Notes: generated from the letters alone by a model not told the origin. A stretch of 64,000 bases of DNA from Candidatus Pacearchaeota archaeon (GCA_018303845.1 JAGVXH010000008.1:4092-68091); one strand, 5' to 3'; numbered from the stretch's first letter, positions 20,101 to 26,911 are shown. Made by a program: numbers and translations.

Positions 20101-23100
20101 CATTTGACATTGTTGCGTCGGAGCGAACAATTAGATGAGACAAATCGTCTAGATTATCTTGGACTGCATATGTTGCGGTGACCATTTGATCTGGGTTCCA
20201 AGTATTGGATATTACTCCGATACCTACTGCTCCGTCATTATTTCCGTTGCTGGCGTCTAGCTGATTGGATGTAATTTGAAGAAAGGATGCATCGTTATAG
20301 ATTTGTGACCAGACAACACCTTCATCTGGAGTGTGTGTCGTGAATAGGTTTCCGTTTGCTCCAGTAAATGTATCGTTGAATCTCAGATACATTCCGTAAC
20401 TTAATGGGAGGGGAATTATTGTTAGGTTTCCGCTTTGACTTTCTGTTGTTTTTTCTCCATCGGTAACTATTAAGCGACAGCTCCAGACTTCTCCGTCTGT
20501 TGTATTTGAGCTGCTTAGAGATACTAGGAATTCGGTTCCTGATGAATATGAATTGTTGTAACTCGTGGTGGAATATATCCCTGCATTTCTATACCAGATG
20601 GCTGTCACATTCATTAAATTTGATTCTGGGTCCGTTAATGTTGCAAAGCAGTTTAGGTCTGAAGTTGTGTAGTTGGTTCCTGTTGTCGAATTTATTTGGG
20701 CTTCTAATGAAGGTGGAAGATTCGCACTTAGGATTGTTAGAGAATTAGATGTTGATGTTGTACCTTCTAGTGCCCCGTCATTTGGAGTTGCTTCGCATGA
20801 CCAGACTTCGCCCGTCGTTGTTTCTTGCGAAACGATTGTATTGTAGTTTTGATTGTAGAGTACGGCTATTTGTTCTGCGCTCATTACGAAAGGGAAGGCT
20901 AAAAAGTTATCTAAGCTTCCATTGAAATAAACTCTAGTTGCGGCCTCGAGGACACCTATCTCGTTAAAGGCTGTTGTTTTTAGTCCTGTTTCTGAATTTG
21001 CTTGGGAATTGAAGTTTCCGTCTACATACATCTGGACTAAGCCCGTTGTGGAATTTCTTGTCATCGCCACATGATGCCATGCGTTGTTGTTGATTGGATT
21101 TGTCGAATATGCCTGTGCCCCATTTCCAGCGCTAATACCAATTCTACCTGCTGCGGATAGGTGCCCCCAGAAAATGTCATTTCCATTTCCTGCCGCTTCT
21201 GTTCCGAAAATTGTTGGAGCTTGCCAGATTGTGTCTGACCCTGGCTGAGTCGTTCTTATCCAAAACATTACAGTTCCTGTATCCCCAAAAATTGCGGACA
21301 TGTCTTGGCTGATTGTTAATGAGGTTGACCCGTTGAAATTATAGTAGCCTGTTGAATCGTGGGAGCCTGTTGATTGATATGATGCAGTTGATGAGACTGT
21401 GTAAGTTGTTGCGTAGTTTGGAGTTGATGAGGATGTGCTTCCCATGTTGAAGGGAAGATTTAAGGTTGCATAATCGCTTCCATTTTTTATCCAATTATAT
21501 GTTTGATATATTGTGTCACCGTCTATGTCTGCTGAAGTTGGATTACAGGTTAGGTTTTCTGTTGTCATGTTTGTATTGAGACTTGAGTTTAAAATTATTG
21601 AAGATGTTGTCGGGGTTGTGTTTAGTAAAATATTTACATTAATGTCATCAAGCCAAATGTTTTCTCCGTTTGCTAGGTTCGCGTTGAATCCTATTCTAAA
21701 ACTAGAAATGAAATATTGGGAATCTGTTGTTATATATTCTTTGTAGTACCACGTGTCTTCCGTTGCCTGATCTGCTCCAAAACTATCTATTAAATCATAA
21801 GTGGTTCCATCATAAAAATACACATCTATGTCTGTGTCTTCTAGGTCGTCTTCATTGTACCAGAAAGTTGCGTTGATTGAAGATGCTTGGCTTGCATCAA
21901 TGTTTACAGATTGTAAGTCTCCTTCATTATTGTTTGCTGCTCTTACTGCTTGGCTTCCTGAATGTGTTCTGTCGGATACTATGTCCCATCCTCCTACTGT
22001 TCCCCATTGAGCAAAGGCTGTTTCGAATCCTTCTGAAAAAACGGATGGGATTGAAGGGTCAACAATGTAATCGAAAAGAATTGCTCCTCCTACTACTAAT
22101 AAATCAAATGTATCTTGTGGAGAACTTAGATTTGTTAGTAGTATTTGGTATTTTTTGTTTTCTTGAATTGGTCCAAAATCTGCTAGTTTTATATCAGAAT
22201 CTTTTTCATAAACTTCAACTGTTGCATTGGTTGAATTTGATTCTGCGTAAATTGTGATATCATTTTTATTTGTTAGTTCTTTCTCGAAGACGATTCTAAG
22301 AAAATTGTTTTCTGGGATTAAGTGAAAAATCTTATCTAAGGCTTTAACTTTTTCGAAGATGTCTTCTATGAAGTTTTTATTTTCGTCTAAGTGTTCTGCT
22401 TTCGTGATTATTATTATTTCGAAGGTTTGGGTTGATAGGTGTGGGACTGTCCACTCGATTGTGTCTAGAAGCGAGTTGTTGTTTGTGTCTAGGGCTTGGA
22501 ATGGTAAGAATTTGCCTTCTTCTTTCCAGTAAACCTTTATTGAAGATTCCTTTGATTGATTTAATTCTTCCTGAAGTGATGTCGAGACTAGGACATTTTC
22601 ATAATGTAATTCTGCGGAGATTTCTACTTCCTTTCTATCAGAAGAAATTATTTTCTCTTTCTTTATTGGGGAAGGAGTTTCGTAGCTTAAGACTGTATCT
22701 TGTGGGGCTCTTGATATTGCTATGGTTTTTTGAGGATCTTCTGAAATTAGGTTTGAGATGGTATCTGTTAGCGAGGTTTTTATTTTAAAATCCAGTGAGA
22801 TATTACTTGACAGGATTGTGATGTTGCTTGAGGATTCTGGGATTTTGATTTGGATATTTTCTCCTGATGTAATTTCCTTTTCCCATTTGACTGGGAGTCC
22901 GACTTTAATTTGAGTTTGGGTTGAGTTGATGTCTATCACTTCTGACTGCTGGGGACTTGGGGGAGTATGATTTATTTTTTCTAGTGGCACAAGAGCCGTG
23001 TTTTCTTCTGTTGTTGTTTCGAAATCTGGCTGGACTTCGAACATGATTTGTTTTGATGTTGATTCTGATTTGATGTTGATTGCGAAGTCGCCTGATGTAT

Positions 23101-23335
23101 CTGGCTGAAAGATGAAATAAGGTTTGTCTGATTTGTAGAATAGCGGTCCGGTCGGTGTTTTGATTTCTAAAGTGTAGTTGCCAATTTCACCGATTTCTAT
23201 TTTTATTTTTTCGCCTAGTATGTATTGGTCTTCGGTCGCTGAGGCCACGAAGATTAATAGAATTATTATTAAAACGAAGGCTAACGCCAACATTAAACTT
23301 ACAGTTCCCACTTTTGACATACATTTCTTGTTCAT
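11147..23335 (-). CDS. Giant (4062 aa) secreted adhesin-like surface protein
   Basis: Uninterrupted 12.2-kb ORF with an N-terminal signal/anchor (VSLMLALAFVLIIILLIFVASA). It has an N-module shared with the 4903-aa giant, several jelly-roll/ConA-like domains, one LamG domain and Ig-like repeat arrays. It ends in a CARDB domain followed by the C-terminal WQG...YLEII module. There is no C-terminal TM. Confidence 0.9.
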   Translation of the reverse strand: MNKKCMSKVGTVSLMLALAFVLIIILLIFVASATEDQYILGEKIKIEIGEIGNYTLEIKTPTGPLFYKSDKPYFIFQPDTSGDFAINIKSESTSKQIMFEVQPDFETTTEENTALVPLEKINHTPPSPQQSEVIDINSTQTQIKVGLPVKWEKEITSGENIQIKIPESSSNITILSSNISLDFKIKTSLTDTISNLISEDPQKTIAISRAPQDTVLSYETPSPIKKEKIISSDRKEVEISAELHYENVLVSTSLQEELNQSKESSIKVYWKEEGKFLPFQALDTNNNSLLDTIEWTVPHLSTQTFEIIIITKAEHLDENKNFIEDIFEKVKALDKIFHLIPENNFLRIVFEKELTNKNDITIYAESNSTNATVEVYEKDSDIKLADFGPIQENKKYQILLTNLSSPQDTFDLLVVGGAILFDYIVDPSIPSVFSEGFETAFAQWGTVGGWDIVSDRTHSGSQAVRAANNNEGDLQSVNIDASQASSINATFWYNEDDLEDTDIDVYFYDGTTYDLIDSFGADQATEDTWYYKEYITTDSQYFISSFRIGFNANLANGENIWLDDINVNILLNTTPTTSSIILNSSLNTNMTTENLTCNPTSADIDGDTIYQTYNWIKNGSDYATLNLPFNMGSTSSSTPNYATTYTVSSTASYQSTGSHDSTGYYNFNGSTSLTISQDMSAIFGDTGTVMFWIRTTQPGSDTIWQAPTIFGTEAAGNGNDIFWGHLSAAGRIGISAGNGAQAYSTNPINNNAWHHVAMTRNSTTGLVQMYVDGNFNSQANSETGLKTTAFNEIGVLEAATRVYFNGSLDNFLAFPFVMSAEQIAVLYNQNYNTIVSQETTTGEVWSCEATPNDGALEGTTSTSNSLTILSANLPPSLEAQINSTTGTNYTTSDLNCFATLTDPESNLMNVTAIWYRNAGIYSTTSYNNSYSSGTEFLVSLSSSNTTDGEVWSCRLIVTDGEKTTESQSGNLTIIPLPLSYGMYLRFNDTFTGANGNLFTTHTPDEGVVWSQIYNDASFLQITSNQLDASNGNNDGAVGIGVISNTWNPDQMVTATYAVQDNLDDLSHLIVRSDATMSNAYIFSFSTTAANTRIWKRVGSTNTVLETNCGGDNQFTTGDIVTLRITGTSIEVYDGSTLICSTTDSDLDSGSPGVGIGSSYLETAGNVDAQRLDNVLMYSANSAPTDPSPLMYSLDGPNDDVTDYNCTALVEDIDADQVTAYVIWYKNDSQDSNTSQNNVASTTNFSVTLSGSRTAAGEVWKCSARYYDGKNYSNWVNSTGITILPYSAPPSISITRIFPIGDNIFVEQNQLFNVTLNVTCLAGNCGTINVTLDPIQETYSDFETGTEGFEHFPLNAKVDEWHISTEYTNNGSQSWKVGDTGTGDYADYSESILVSPTYDIIANSTFDFYHYMDAEVYGAGNGAYDGGYLQYQLDGGSWQKVTSFISGGYNTIYRVYSGGPPLTAGEPVWGDGLVGTSSNFSHVVINMTNITSGSSAENVSFRFHWFSDESVNEEGWYIDSVNFTTQTPNMDKGIIPVNAGTPFYTTAASNPLTTSSLSEGQSQLITFLVNATGELARKYFFFAYANMTTNLSTSNITSKWNVTISVEQELPNITINYPTPGEINDATPILNISLTGEGDTLWYNINGGTNQTLCSACSFSNDEILYLREANYTLNVFVRNPMGEENSESVSFNVDMRNNYYDTYLDSSYELDSEELDLLEGNITLSLARETIINETFDNAENWLLSGGRWELSSGELIQTLDSADTLAIYDTLILNNITDYNISFSMYAADNDQSGVVFAYEDPQNYYRCRLYQQTSQGGIERVSGGSSTSLASASTMYTLSAWNTFVLEIKNKTVSCYINGVQTATASNVSFPEGKVGIFNTNNLNVRYDNFSTIITGGKKIGTFTSYSVKLINEITKFTNITWNSFSTNVNNILRVEVTVDNGNTWYEATKDSSLTIPSGEDFAYRLFFEAQNISIMSLLDLNISWTNGIDPPPTILIEGITLPTEQDFTPMLNVTLIGDAAALIMSINGRANQTICTDCTGSQIFPVVLNESTQTIRFYANNTMGQLSTNSTTFNVDFGKHYFDEFLDNSSIRISNNVTWNYGNITMTGGTGNVTSHTMNTSQEITRISHASWTESGVDATNTISLQLTVDNGNNWYTVANGGSLSGFAAGSNLIYRFLYSTDGPNTITAHDLNITWESPPTIEIHYPQTYVYNSQIVKMNYSISYASGVTLVACWYSLNGGTTNTSITCGDDITGITSVDGENTWTVYAQDSAGSQGQKSITFSVDTTAPAVTLINQTNEAGQIVNSSHLLLEGENLTLNMDVDDLRTDSVWVVIWEGVIGGVEKTRVVLENIFGNWWSAEIETDETFGESYNYTVYANDTAGLIGSYNGTFQVLKATLDLIINPNPSPGAEIIFMTGSLEFSNGTAIPNNAINFWWNNVLIPFANLTNQGTSASVLDFDEDNIKIISSYDNVTYSGGEFTLDSLNTTGSFTGILDAGARVNWENVSWTDVAQSCSGTVDFQNGNSWGYSSTKDSYITSGNPTVNFATSEELTIDSSPDVEKSIVEFEEAFGFGANKVPYGATVSAATLRLTLFDSGDNPTFYEILEAWDESEVTSIYRTASDLWSSESIAGSPSRGTVSIGTMSTATTGTKSLDISSTTSKWALRNISNNGLVIEASGSGGIKFRSSQYSTASERPRLTVDFTATDCNGVLVYVRTSNDKSSWTGWTELSKGQGIVDSLNYSRYLEYRVEMGSFNSTFNPRVQALNFNYTGTFTDASGLFNYSFISTDVFGSYTVKATSGYKTIITEDSDTLSIQSGVPPEVSLLSPANRTWFNQSSVNLTYNASDVNGDFKSSALTLNGVFNLSNQTAIIEGANNFTVNGLTSGTYYWSVNLSDIATTDTSETRIFYIDLISPVVNLISPKDTANFTSGFLNLSFNASDNMDSNLSCNVSLDGTVIQSNIPVSNNTAVNVSSGPLSGGTHLWEATCIDEAKNTFTTPMWSFDITDLPPTLSLIDPADNHLNSTGNIEFIYLPDDNSGMNRCELLINGQINSTNSSINLGVNNMFNITGIPDGIYNWTVQCFDLSNTSVMPANRTLLIDLFPPAITLISPANETSSSSSEINFEFNVTDSIDSELDCSLFIDSVSESNFQSTSGVISSELFSGLPDGLRTWRIDCTDNSSHTSSSPTWTLNISESPRVYMNSTNGTYIKGNAILAEFTPTDNTQITSCAFYLDGVINTTQIGGISIGALNSLEAEGVSDGRHTYYIECTDGIGLSNVSEENEIFLDNSLPLITPHFPLNEEVYASNVSFEFEVFDPLSPTLKCNLTIDSNIRDTNFNVSNSTNITRTIPGITDGVHYWNLTCSDLAGNLNTSTTYNFTKSTVPGINLVSPLNNTWMDTGSFNFTYLPQDDEGFQKSELIINGAVSMENQSEIISGVNNNFTVNLADGIYLWSVNITDATGLVGESETRKVYIDTAVPTIQLGLPSQGQIYNDNNVTFNFTITDNLDSQISCDLYLDTDLEWSGNTTNATQEITNLLIVDGNHTYRINCSDEAGNQATSTPTNFTVFAPPRINLVSPANRTYTQEPSINFSYTPLDALGLMNCSIYLDGTRNQSSSSIIKNVQNNFIISGISEGVHNWSVGCADSDENLNMSETRIFYRDITPPTINLTSPENNAGINANSNVIFIWTTTDALDTLLSCDLVVDGNIEDTSFATSGFPRTEPVSGLSIGTHFWNVTCTDTSGNTNTSETRSFNYTYPDFLINGTSISISNDNPTENETITINATVYNIGGADILSVQVKFYSGDPEGTGTQIGTTKTILINKFSLNTTSIQWNAPLGETNVFAVVDFPNTITELNETNNKANSSISVQSWHFFYGNINAGTNFTLTDSSNYELTNWNLANLTKVNIYVADYDSNINWLSLQAIGKKISGTASSNDIQELDTALSMTSFRDSHAEIYLNSSLEINETLDYTVFAKTITAVPVATSINSTNFKTGILWDTSDDANTEYDSTEKEDIIYITKISKNQPGSYENADYELRVPANLRSYDPTNQQTAVFYLEII
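11150..11725 (-). other. C-terminal 'WQG...YVEL'-type module of the 4062-aa giant (approximate bounds)
   Basis: SWHFFYGNINAG ... NIYVADYDSNINWLSLQAIG ... GILWDTSDD ... EDIIYITKI ... ADYELRVPANLRSYD ... TAVFYLEII-stop. The motif order is the same as in family C and in the 616-aa protein. Confidence 0.65.
11730..12050 (-). other. CARDB-like domain in giant 1 (approximate)
   Basis: ETITINATVYNIGGADILSVQVKFY ... FAVVDFPNTITELNETNN. Confidence 0.6.
12060..14880 (-). repeat. Array of about 10 Ig-like ~90-aa repeats in giant 1, alternating between two subtypes (approximate)
   Basis: Repeat starts: PPEVSLLSP, SPVVNLISP, PPTLSLIDP, PPAITLISP, SPRVYMNST, LPLITPHFP, VPGINLVSP, VPTIQLGLP, PPRINLVSP, PPTINLTSP. 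Odd units carry (E/A)L.(L/I)NG ... G.Y.WSVN/WTVQC. Even units carry D..DS.L.C.(V/L) ... G.H.W...C.D..GN. Confidence 0.7.
20850..21470 (-). other. LamG/ConA-like (Laminin_G_3-type) domain in giant 1 (approximate)
   Basis: GTVMFWIRTTQPG ... NAWHHVAMTRNSTTGLVQMYVDGN ... FNGSLDNFLAFPFVMSAEQIAVLY. Confidence 0.65.
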
Positions 23336-23357
23336 TTTCTCCCAATTTTTTGGCTAC

Positions 23358-23567
23358 TTAGCTTGCCAGAGGTTTATTCTCCCGACTCCCGAATCCTATG
23401 ATTTTATTGTCGATTTGTAATCTTAGGCAACGTGTTTGGATTGAGTGCCATGGACTAAATTTGAAAATCTTACGATTTTCAAGACGTGCCCCATAGTTTA
23501 TTCCATGCAAAATTACGGCATCTTCGACGCCGTATTTCGCATGGATGATTTTTACCTTTGTTTTCAT
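23358..23567 (-). CDS. Small chimeric paralog (69 aa) carrying only the C-terminal half of the adjacent wHTH protein
   Basis: Its C-terminal PWHSIQTRCLRLQIDNKIIGF matches PWHSIQTRCLRLQIENKITGF in the upstream gene. The N-terminal 38 aa are unrelated. It ends 22 nt before the giant gene, with a GGGAG upstream of the giant ATG. Confidence 0.5.
   Translation of the reverse strand: MKTKVKIIHAKYGVEDAVILHGINYGARLENRKIFKFSPWHSIQTRCLRLQIDNKIIGFGSRENKPLAS
23361..23453. repeat. Copy 1 of a ~93-bp imperfect direct repeat (copy 2 at 23571-23662)
   Basis: Both copies start gcttgccaga and end aacgtgtttggattgagtgccatgg. By-eye alignment shows a minority of mismatches and one 1-nt indel. Confidence 0.85.
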
Positions 23568-23764
23568 TTTGCTTGCCAGAGATTTATTCTCCCGACTCTG
23601 AATCCTGTTATTTTATTTTCTATTTGTAATCTTAAGCAACGTGTTTGGATTGAGTGCCATGGTTTTTGTAGTTCTGTTGAGATGTCTTGGGTTGATATTG
23701 GATTGGCGTTTTTTTGAATGATTTTTAGAATGTTTTTTCTAAGATTATCAGCCTCTTTTATCAT
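23564..23764 (-). CDS. Small winged-helix DNA-binding protein (66 aa from ATG 23764; the ORF is open to a TTG at 23857)
   Basis: LRKNILKIIQKNANPISTQDISTELQKPWHSIQTRCLRLQIENKITGFRVGRINLW. A TATA-like tttataaaa (plus-strand 23785-23793) lies 20 nt upstream of ATG 23764. Confidence 0.55.
   Translation of the reverse strand: MIKEADNLRKNILKIIQKNANPISTQDISTELQKPWHSIQTRCLRLQIENKITGFRVGRINLWQAK
23571..23662. repeat. Copy 2 of the ~93-bp imperfect direct repeat
   Basis: See copy 1. The repeats correspond to the 3' halves of the two small genes. Confidence 0.85.
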
Positions 23765-23967
23765 AGCTTGTCTTGGGTATTTTGTTTTATAAACATTGTT
23801 GTGCATGGTATTGTTTACGGTATGATTTATAGTACGATTTATCGCAGGTTTTATCAAGACTTTGTTTTGCTGGAATGTTAGAACTATGAGCTGTTTAAGA
23901 TGATGTAATTTAATTAGTTGATTTGATTTGGAGGTAAATTTATTAGGTTGATTTTCATAGATTTTTT

Positions 23968-24309
23968 ATGGAAATTAAATGCAATGGAATTTTAAATGAC
24001 GTTTTGCCTGAGGATTTTTTGGAATTGGGCGATGGGAGAATTGTTCGGAATTTGAGAGATTTGGTTATAGCTTTAGAGAGAATGAAAGAAGAAGATTTTA
24101 GATTGCATGTTTATGGGGAACAGAATGATTTTGCGGAATGGGTTTTGGAAGGCTATTGTGATGAAAATTTAACCAAGAAGATTTTCGCAGTTCGGGACAA
24201 GGGGAAGATGATTAAATTGCTTCGAAAGGTTTTGAATAAAGAAGAGGGGAAGAGGTTTGAGAAGGGTGGGAAGAAGGATGTTTTGAGAAAGATCAGCGAG
24301 ATGAGATAA
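23968..24309 (+). CDS. Small protein (113 aa) sharing a ~60-aa domain with the C-terminus of the 1153-aa ATPase
   Basis: FLELGDGRIVRNLRDLVIALERMKEEDFRLHVYGEQNDFAEWV aligns with ITFDNGMMVSTLAELKDVLPNMDDDIFKIHVNETKNEIAAWF in the ATPase. Confidence 0.6.
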   Translation: MEIKCNGILNDVLPEDFLELGDGRIVRNLRDLVIALERMKEEDFRLHVYGEQNDFAEWVLEGYCDENLTKKIFAVRDKGKMIKLLRKVLNKEEGKRFEKGGKKDVLRKISEMR

Positions 24310-24366
24310 TTTTTTAATTCGGATTGTTTTGGGAAGTTTCTTAAATTGGGTTTGTATTGATTTGTT

Positions 24367-25059
24367 ATGAGTAAGGTTGTTGGGATTATGTCGTTTAAAG
24401 GTGGTGTTGGGAAAAGTGTTTGTGCTATAAATTTGGCGAGTGGTTTGCAGAGATTGGGGAAAAGGGTTTTGGTTGTTGATGGGAATTTTTTGAGCCCGAA
24501 TTTACATTTGTATCTTGGGTTATTGAATCCGGGAAAGACTTTGAAGGAAATTATTCGAGAAGGGATTTCTCCGCAGAATGCTATTTATACACATAAGTCT
24601 GGCATTCATTTGCTGCCTTGTAATTTTTATAAGGATGTTAATTTTGGAAAATTTCGGGATATTATCAATGGATTGAGGGAGCGCTATGATTTTATTATTG
24701 TTGATTCGGGTCCGAGTTACAGCGAAGAAGTTATTGCGGTTTTGATGGTTAGTGATGAATTGCTTTTTGTTGCGACGCCTGATTATCCGACTTTAGCTGC
24801 GACTGTTCGGGCGAGTAAGTTTGCGAAATTTAAAGATGTTAAGGTTCGGGGAATTGTTGTCAATAGGAAAAGGGGAAGGGGTTTTGAGGTCAAGAAGCTG
24901 GAGATTGAGCGGACTGTTGGTGTTCGGGTAATTTCGGAGATTAAGGAAGATTTGAAGATGATGAAAGCTGTTAAATTATTTGTTCCTGTTGTTTGGGAAT
25001 ATAAATGGAGTTCGAGTGGTCGGAGTTTTATGAAATTGGCTAGGGAAATTAATTCTTGA
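24367..25059 (+). CDS. MinD/ParA-family P-loop ATPase
   Basis: Deviant Walker A SFKGGVGKSV, then VLVVDGN, and a Walker B-like FIIVDSGP. Confidence 0.8.
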   Translation: MSKVVGIMSFKGGVGKSVCAINLASGLQRLGKRVLVVDGNFLSPNLHLYLGLLNPGKTLKEIIREGISPQNAIYTHKSGIHLLPCNFYKDVNFGKFRDIINGLRERYDFIIVDSGPSYSEEVIAVLMVSDELLFVATPDYPTLAATVRASKFAKFKDVKVRGIVVNRKRGRGFEVKKLEIERTVGVRVISEIKEDLKMMKAVKLFVPVVWEYKWSSSGRSFMKLAREINS

Positions 25060-26169
25060 TTATTCCACTCTGGATTTTACTAGAAGTGCTAGGCTAAAAG
25101 TTGTTGTAGCTATTCCTAAAATTAGAGTGAAAGCTGCAATTGCTTTTGAGAAATTTAACGCTATCATGTCTAGATAGGAAATTATTAAGTTGAAACCCAC
25201 CATTTGCAAAGCTAATTCTTTGATGAATTTTCCGCCGCCGAAGAGAAGGAAGAATGCAATTAAAAATGGGAATAGGACACCGCCAAGAATCCAGCGATTT
25301 TGTAAACTCGTGTCCTCGCATTTTATTTCTGTATGGGGAAGTCCTTGTAGCTCATAGATGATTTTGCTTTCTTCGCAGTTTGATTGAGATGATGTTATAA
25401 GATGCCCAAATTCATGTATACTAATGGTTCCGATGAACATGAAGTTTGTGATGATTATAATGAAGACAAAATGTTTTAGAAAATGTATTAATGGGGACTC
25501 TGGTTCTTGTGGTAGTGGAAAATATTGTTCTGGATTTTGCTTAAGAAATTTTAGGAAATGAATTATAAAGATTAGAAAAAGAATACTTGAGATTAGGGCT
25601 AGAATTGATATAAGGTTTTGCCAGAAGATTGCGAAGAGATAAAGGAAGAGGGAAATTGAGGTATAGATAATTATGTGTTTTGTGATTTTTTCTTGGATGT
25701 TGGTTGCTACTAGGAATGTTAAGAGAGTTACGAAAAATGATATTGGTATCGTAAGATGGATTGACTGTGGGGCATAGAATATTAGAGGGATTAGAAATGT
25801 GAATGGGATTAGTGCGTAAAATATTTTTTTATTTTTTCTTATTTTATATAGGATTGTTAAGAGGCATATGGTTTGAATTGTTAAAACTGCCGAAAAGACT
25901 GTGAGAAAATCTGTTGTATCAAAAGAGAAAAAGTTTGTTGTCCAAAGGAGTAGAAGGATTGCAAGAATGAGATAGATTAGCCCTAGGACGATGAGGGGAA
26001 TTTCCTTGGAATTGAAAGATGAGGTTTTGATTTCTTTGATTAGAGAAATGAATATTATTAGAAATATTGCAGAAGTTATGATTGATGCCAGTAGGAGGAT
26101 TATTTCCATTGCATATTGAAAGGCAATGTTGTTTAAAAGTTTTGAGTAATAAAAAAAATTGCTCCCCAT
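25060..26169 (-). CDS. Polytopic membrane protein with an HExxH motif (putative intramembrane/membrane-embedded metalloprotease)
   Basis: 369 aa with about 10 hydrophobic helices. The motif ISIHEFGHLITS lies between helices. It is the last gene of the minus-strand string that starts at 33073. Confidence 0.5.
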   Translation of the reverse strand: MGSNFFYYSKLLNNIAFQYAMEIILLLASIITSAIFLIIFISLIKEIKTSSFNSKEIPLIVLGLIYLILAILLLLWTTNFFSFDTTDFLTVFSAVLTIQTICLLTILYKIRKNKKIFYALIPFTFLIPLIFYAPQSIHLTIPISFFVTLLTFLVATNIQEKITKHIIIYTSISLFLYLFAIFWQNLISILALISSILFLIFIIHFLKFLKQNPEQYFPLPQEPESPLIHFLKHFVFIIIITNFMFIGTISIHEFGHLITSSQSNCEESKIIYELQGLPHTEIKCEDTSLQNRWILGGVLFPFLIAFFLLFGGGKFIKELALQMVGFNLIISYLDMIALNFSKAIAAFTLILGIATTTFSLALLVKSRVE

Positions 26170-26191
26170 AAGGGGAGCTTGATTTTAAAAT

Positions 26192-26905
26192 TTATTCGAG
26201 TTCTATGTAAAAGAAATATGGAGTTGTGGCTACATCGCCAGCATGTCCATCTTCTAAAACTAGCATTTCGAAATCATGACTTATTGAGTCAAAGCCCGAC
26301 ATATCGTTTTCTAGTAGAGATGCGAAAACTGTAGTCGTACCGTCGTGCAATAACACTTCTTCGAAATTGCCATCTGTGCTTGTCTCGGCACTATCGAATA
26401 TATCAGTACTCATACATTCACCTGCTGTGAATTCTTCGCTCCCAACATAGAACGCGGCATGTGAATTAGCTCCAGTAAAAGTTTCATTAACACCGTCTGC
26501 TGAATCGTCGATGTTAAAAGTTGTTTCTAGCGCTGCTCCGTAAGTTGCCCAATCGAAACATGCTATGCTTGCCCATGTGATTGAGTTTGCTGTAGAAGCA
26601 AAGACTTCACCACTTGGAGAGGCCAGGGACCAGTTGTACATTGGATTTCCTGAGGCATCTGTCAACTTAATTGCTCCTGAAACATTACCGAAATAACCTT
26701 GCCAAGATTGTGTAATTGAATTTCCAACAATTGTTAATTCCGTAACATTTCCTGCGGTTGCTGAATGATTTGCCGCGATGTCTGCTGCTCCTCTAGTGCT
26801 TGCGCCTGGGGTAGCTGTCAAAACTCCGTTTGGATCTGCGAGAACAAAACCAAAACTTGAAACTGTTAGTATCGCTAATAATAAAAATGCGTTTATTCTA
26901 TTCAT
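26192..26905 (-). CDS. Secreted stand-alone 'WQG...YVEL' module protein (family C)
   Basis: Signal peptide, then AGNVTELTIVG ... TQSWQGYFGNVSGAIKLTDAS ... MYNWSLASPSGEVFA ... HDFEMLVLEDGHAGDVATTPYFFYIELE-stop. Confidence 0.8.
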   Translation of the reverse strand: MNRINAFLLLAILTVSSFGFVLADPNGVLTATPGASTRGAADIAANHSATAGNVTELTIVGNSITQSWQGYFGNVSGAIKLTDASGNPMYNWSLASPSGEVFASTANSITWASIACFDWATYGAALETTFNIDDSADGVNETFTGANSHAAFYVGSEEFTAGECMSTDIFDSAETSTDGNFEEVLLHDGTTTVFASLLENDMSGFDSISHDFEMLVLEDGHAGDVATTPYFFYIELE

Positions 26906-26911
26906 CTTATT

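Noticed and set aside
11488-23420. About 20 plus-strand ORFs of 60-176 aa across the 4062-aa gene (for example 15295-15825). Similar sets lie across 44401-57553 and antisense to the ribosomal operon (for example 5139-5672, 3105-3524).
   Set aside because: These are shadow ORFs. They are Leu/Cys/Arg/Phe-rich with non-protein-like composition, and all are nested antisense or out of frame within long, motif-rich ORFs.
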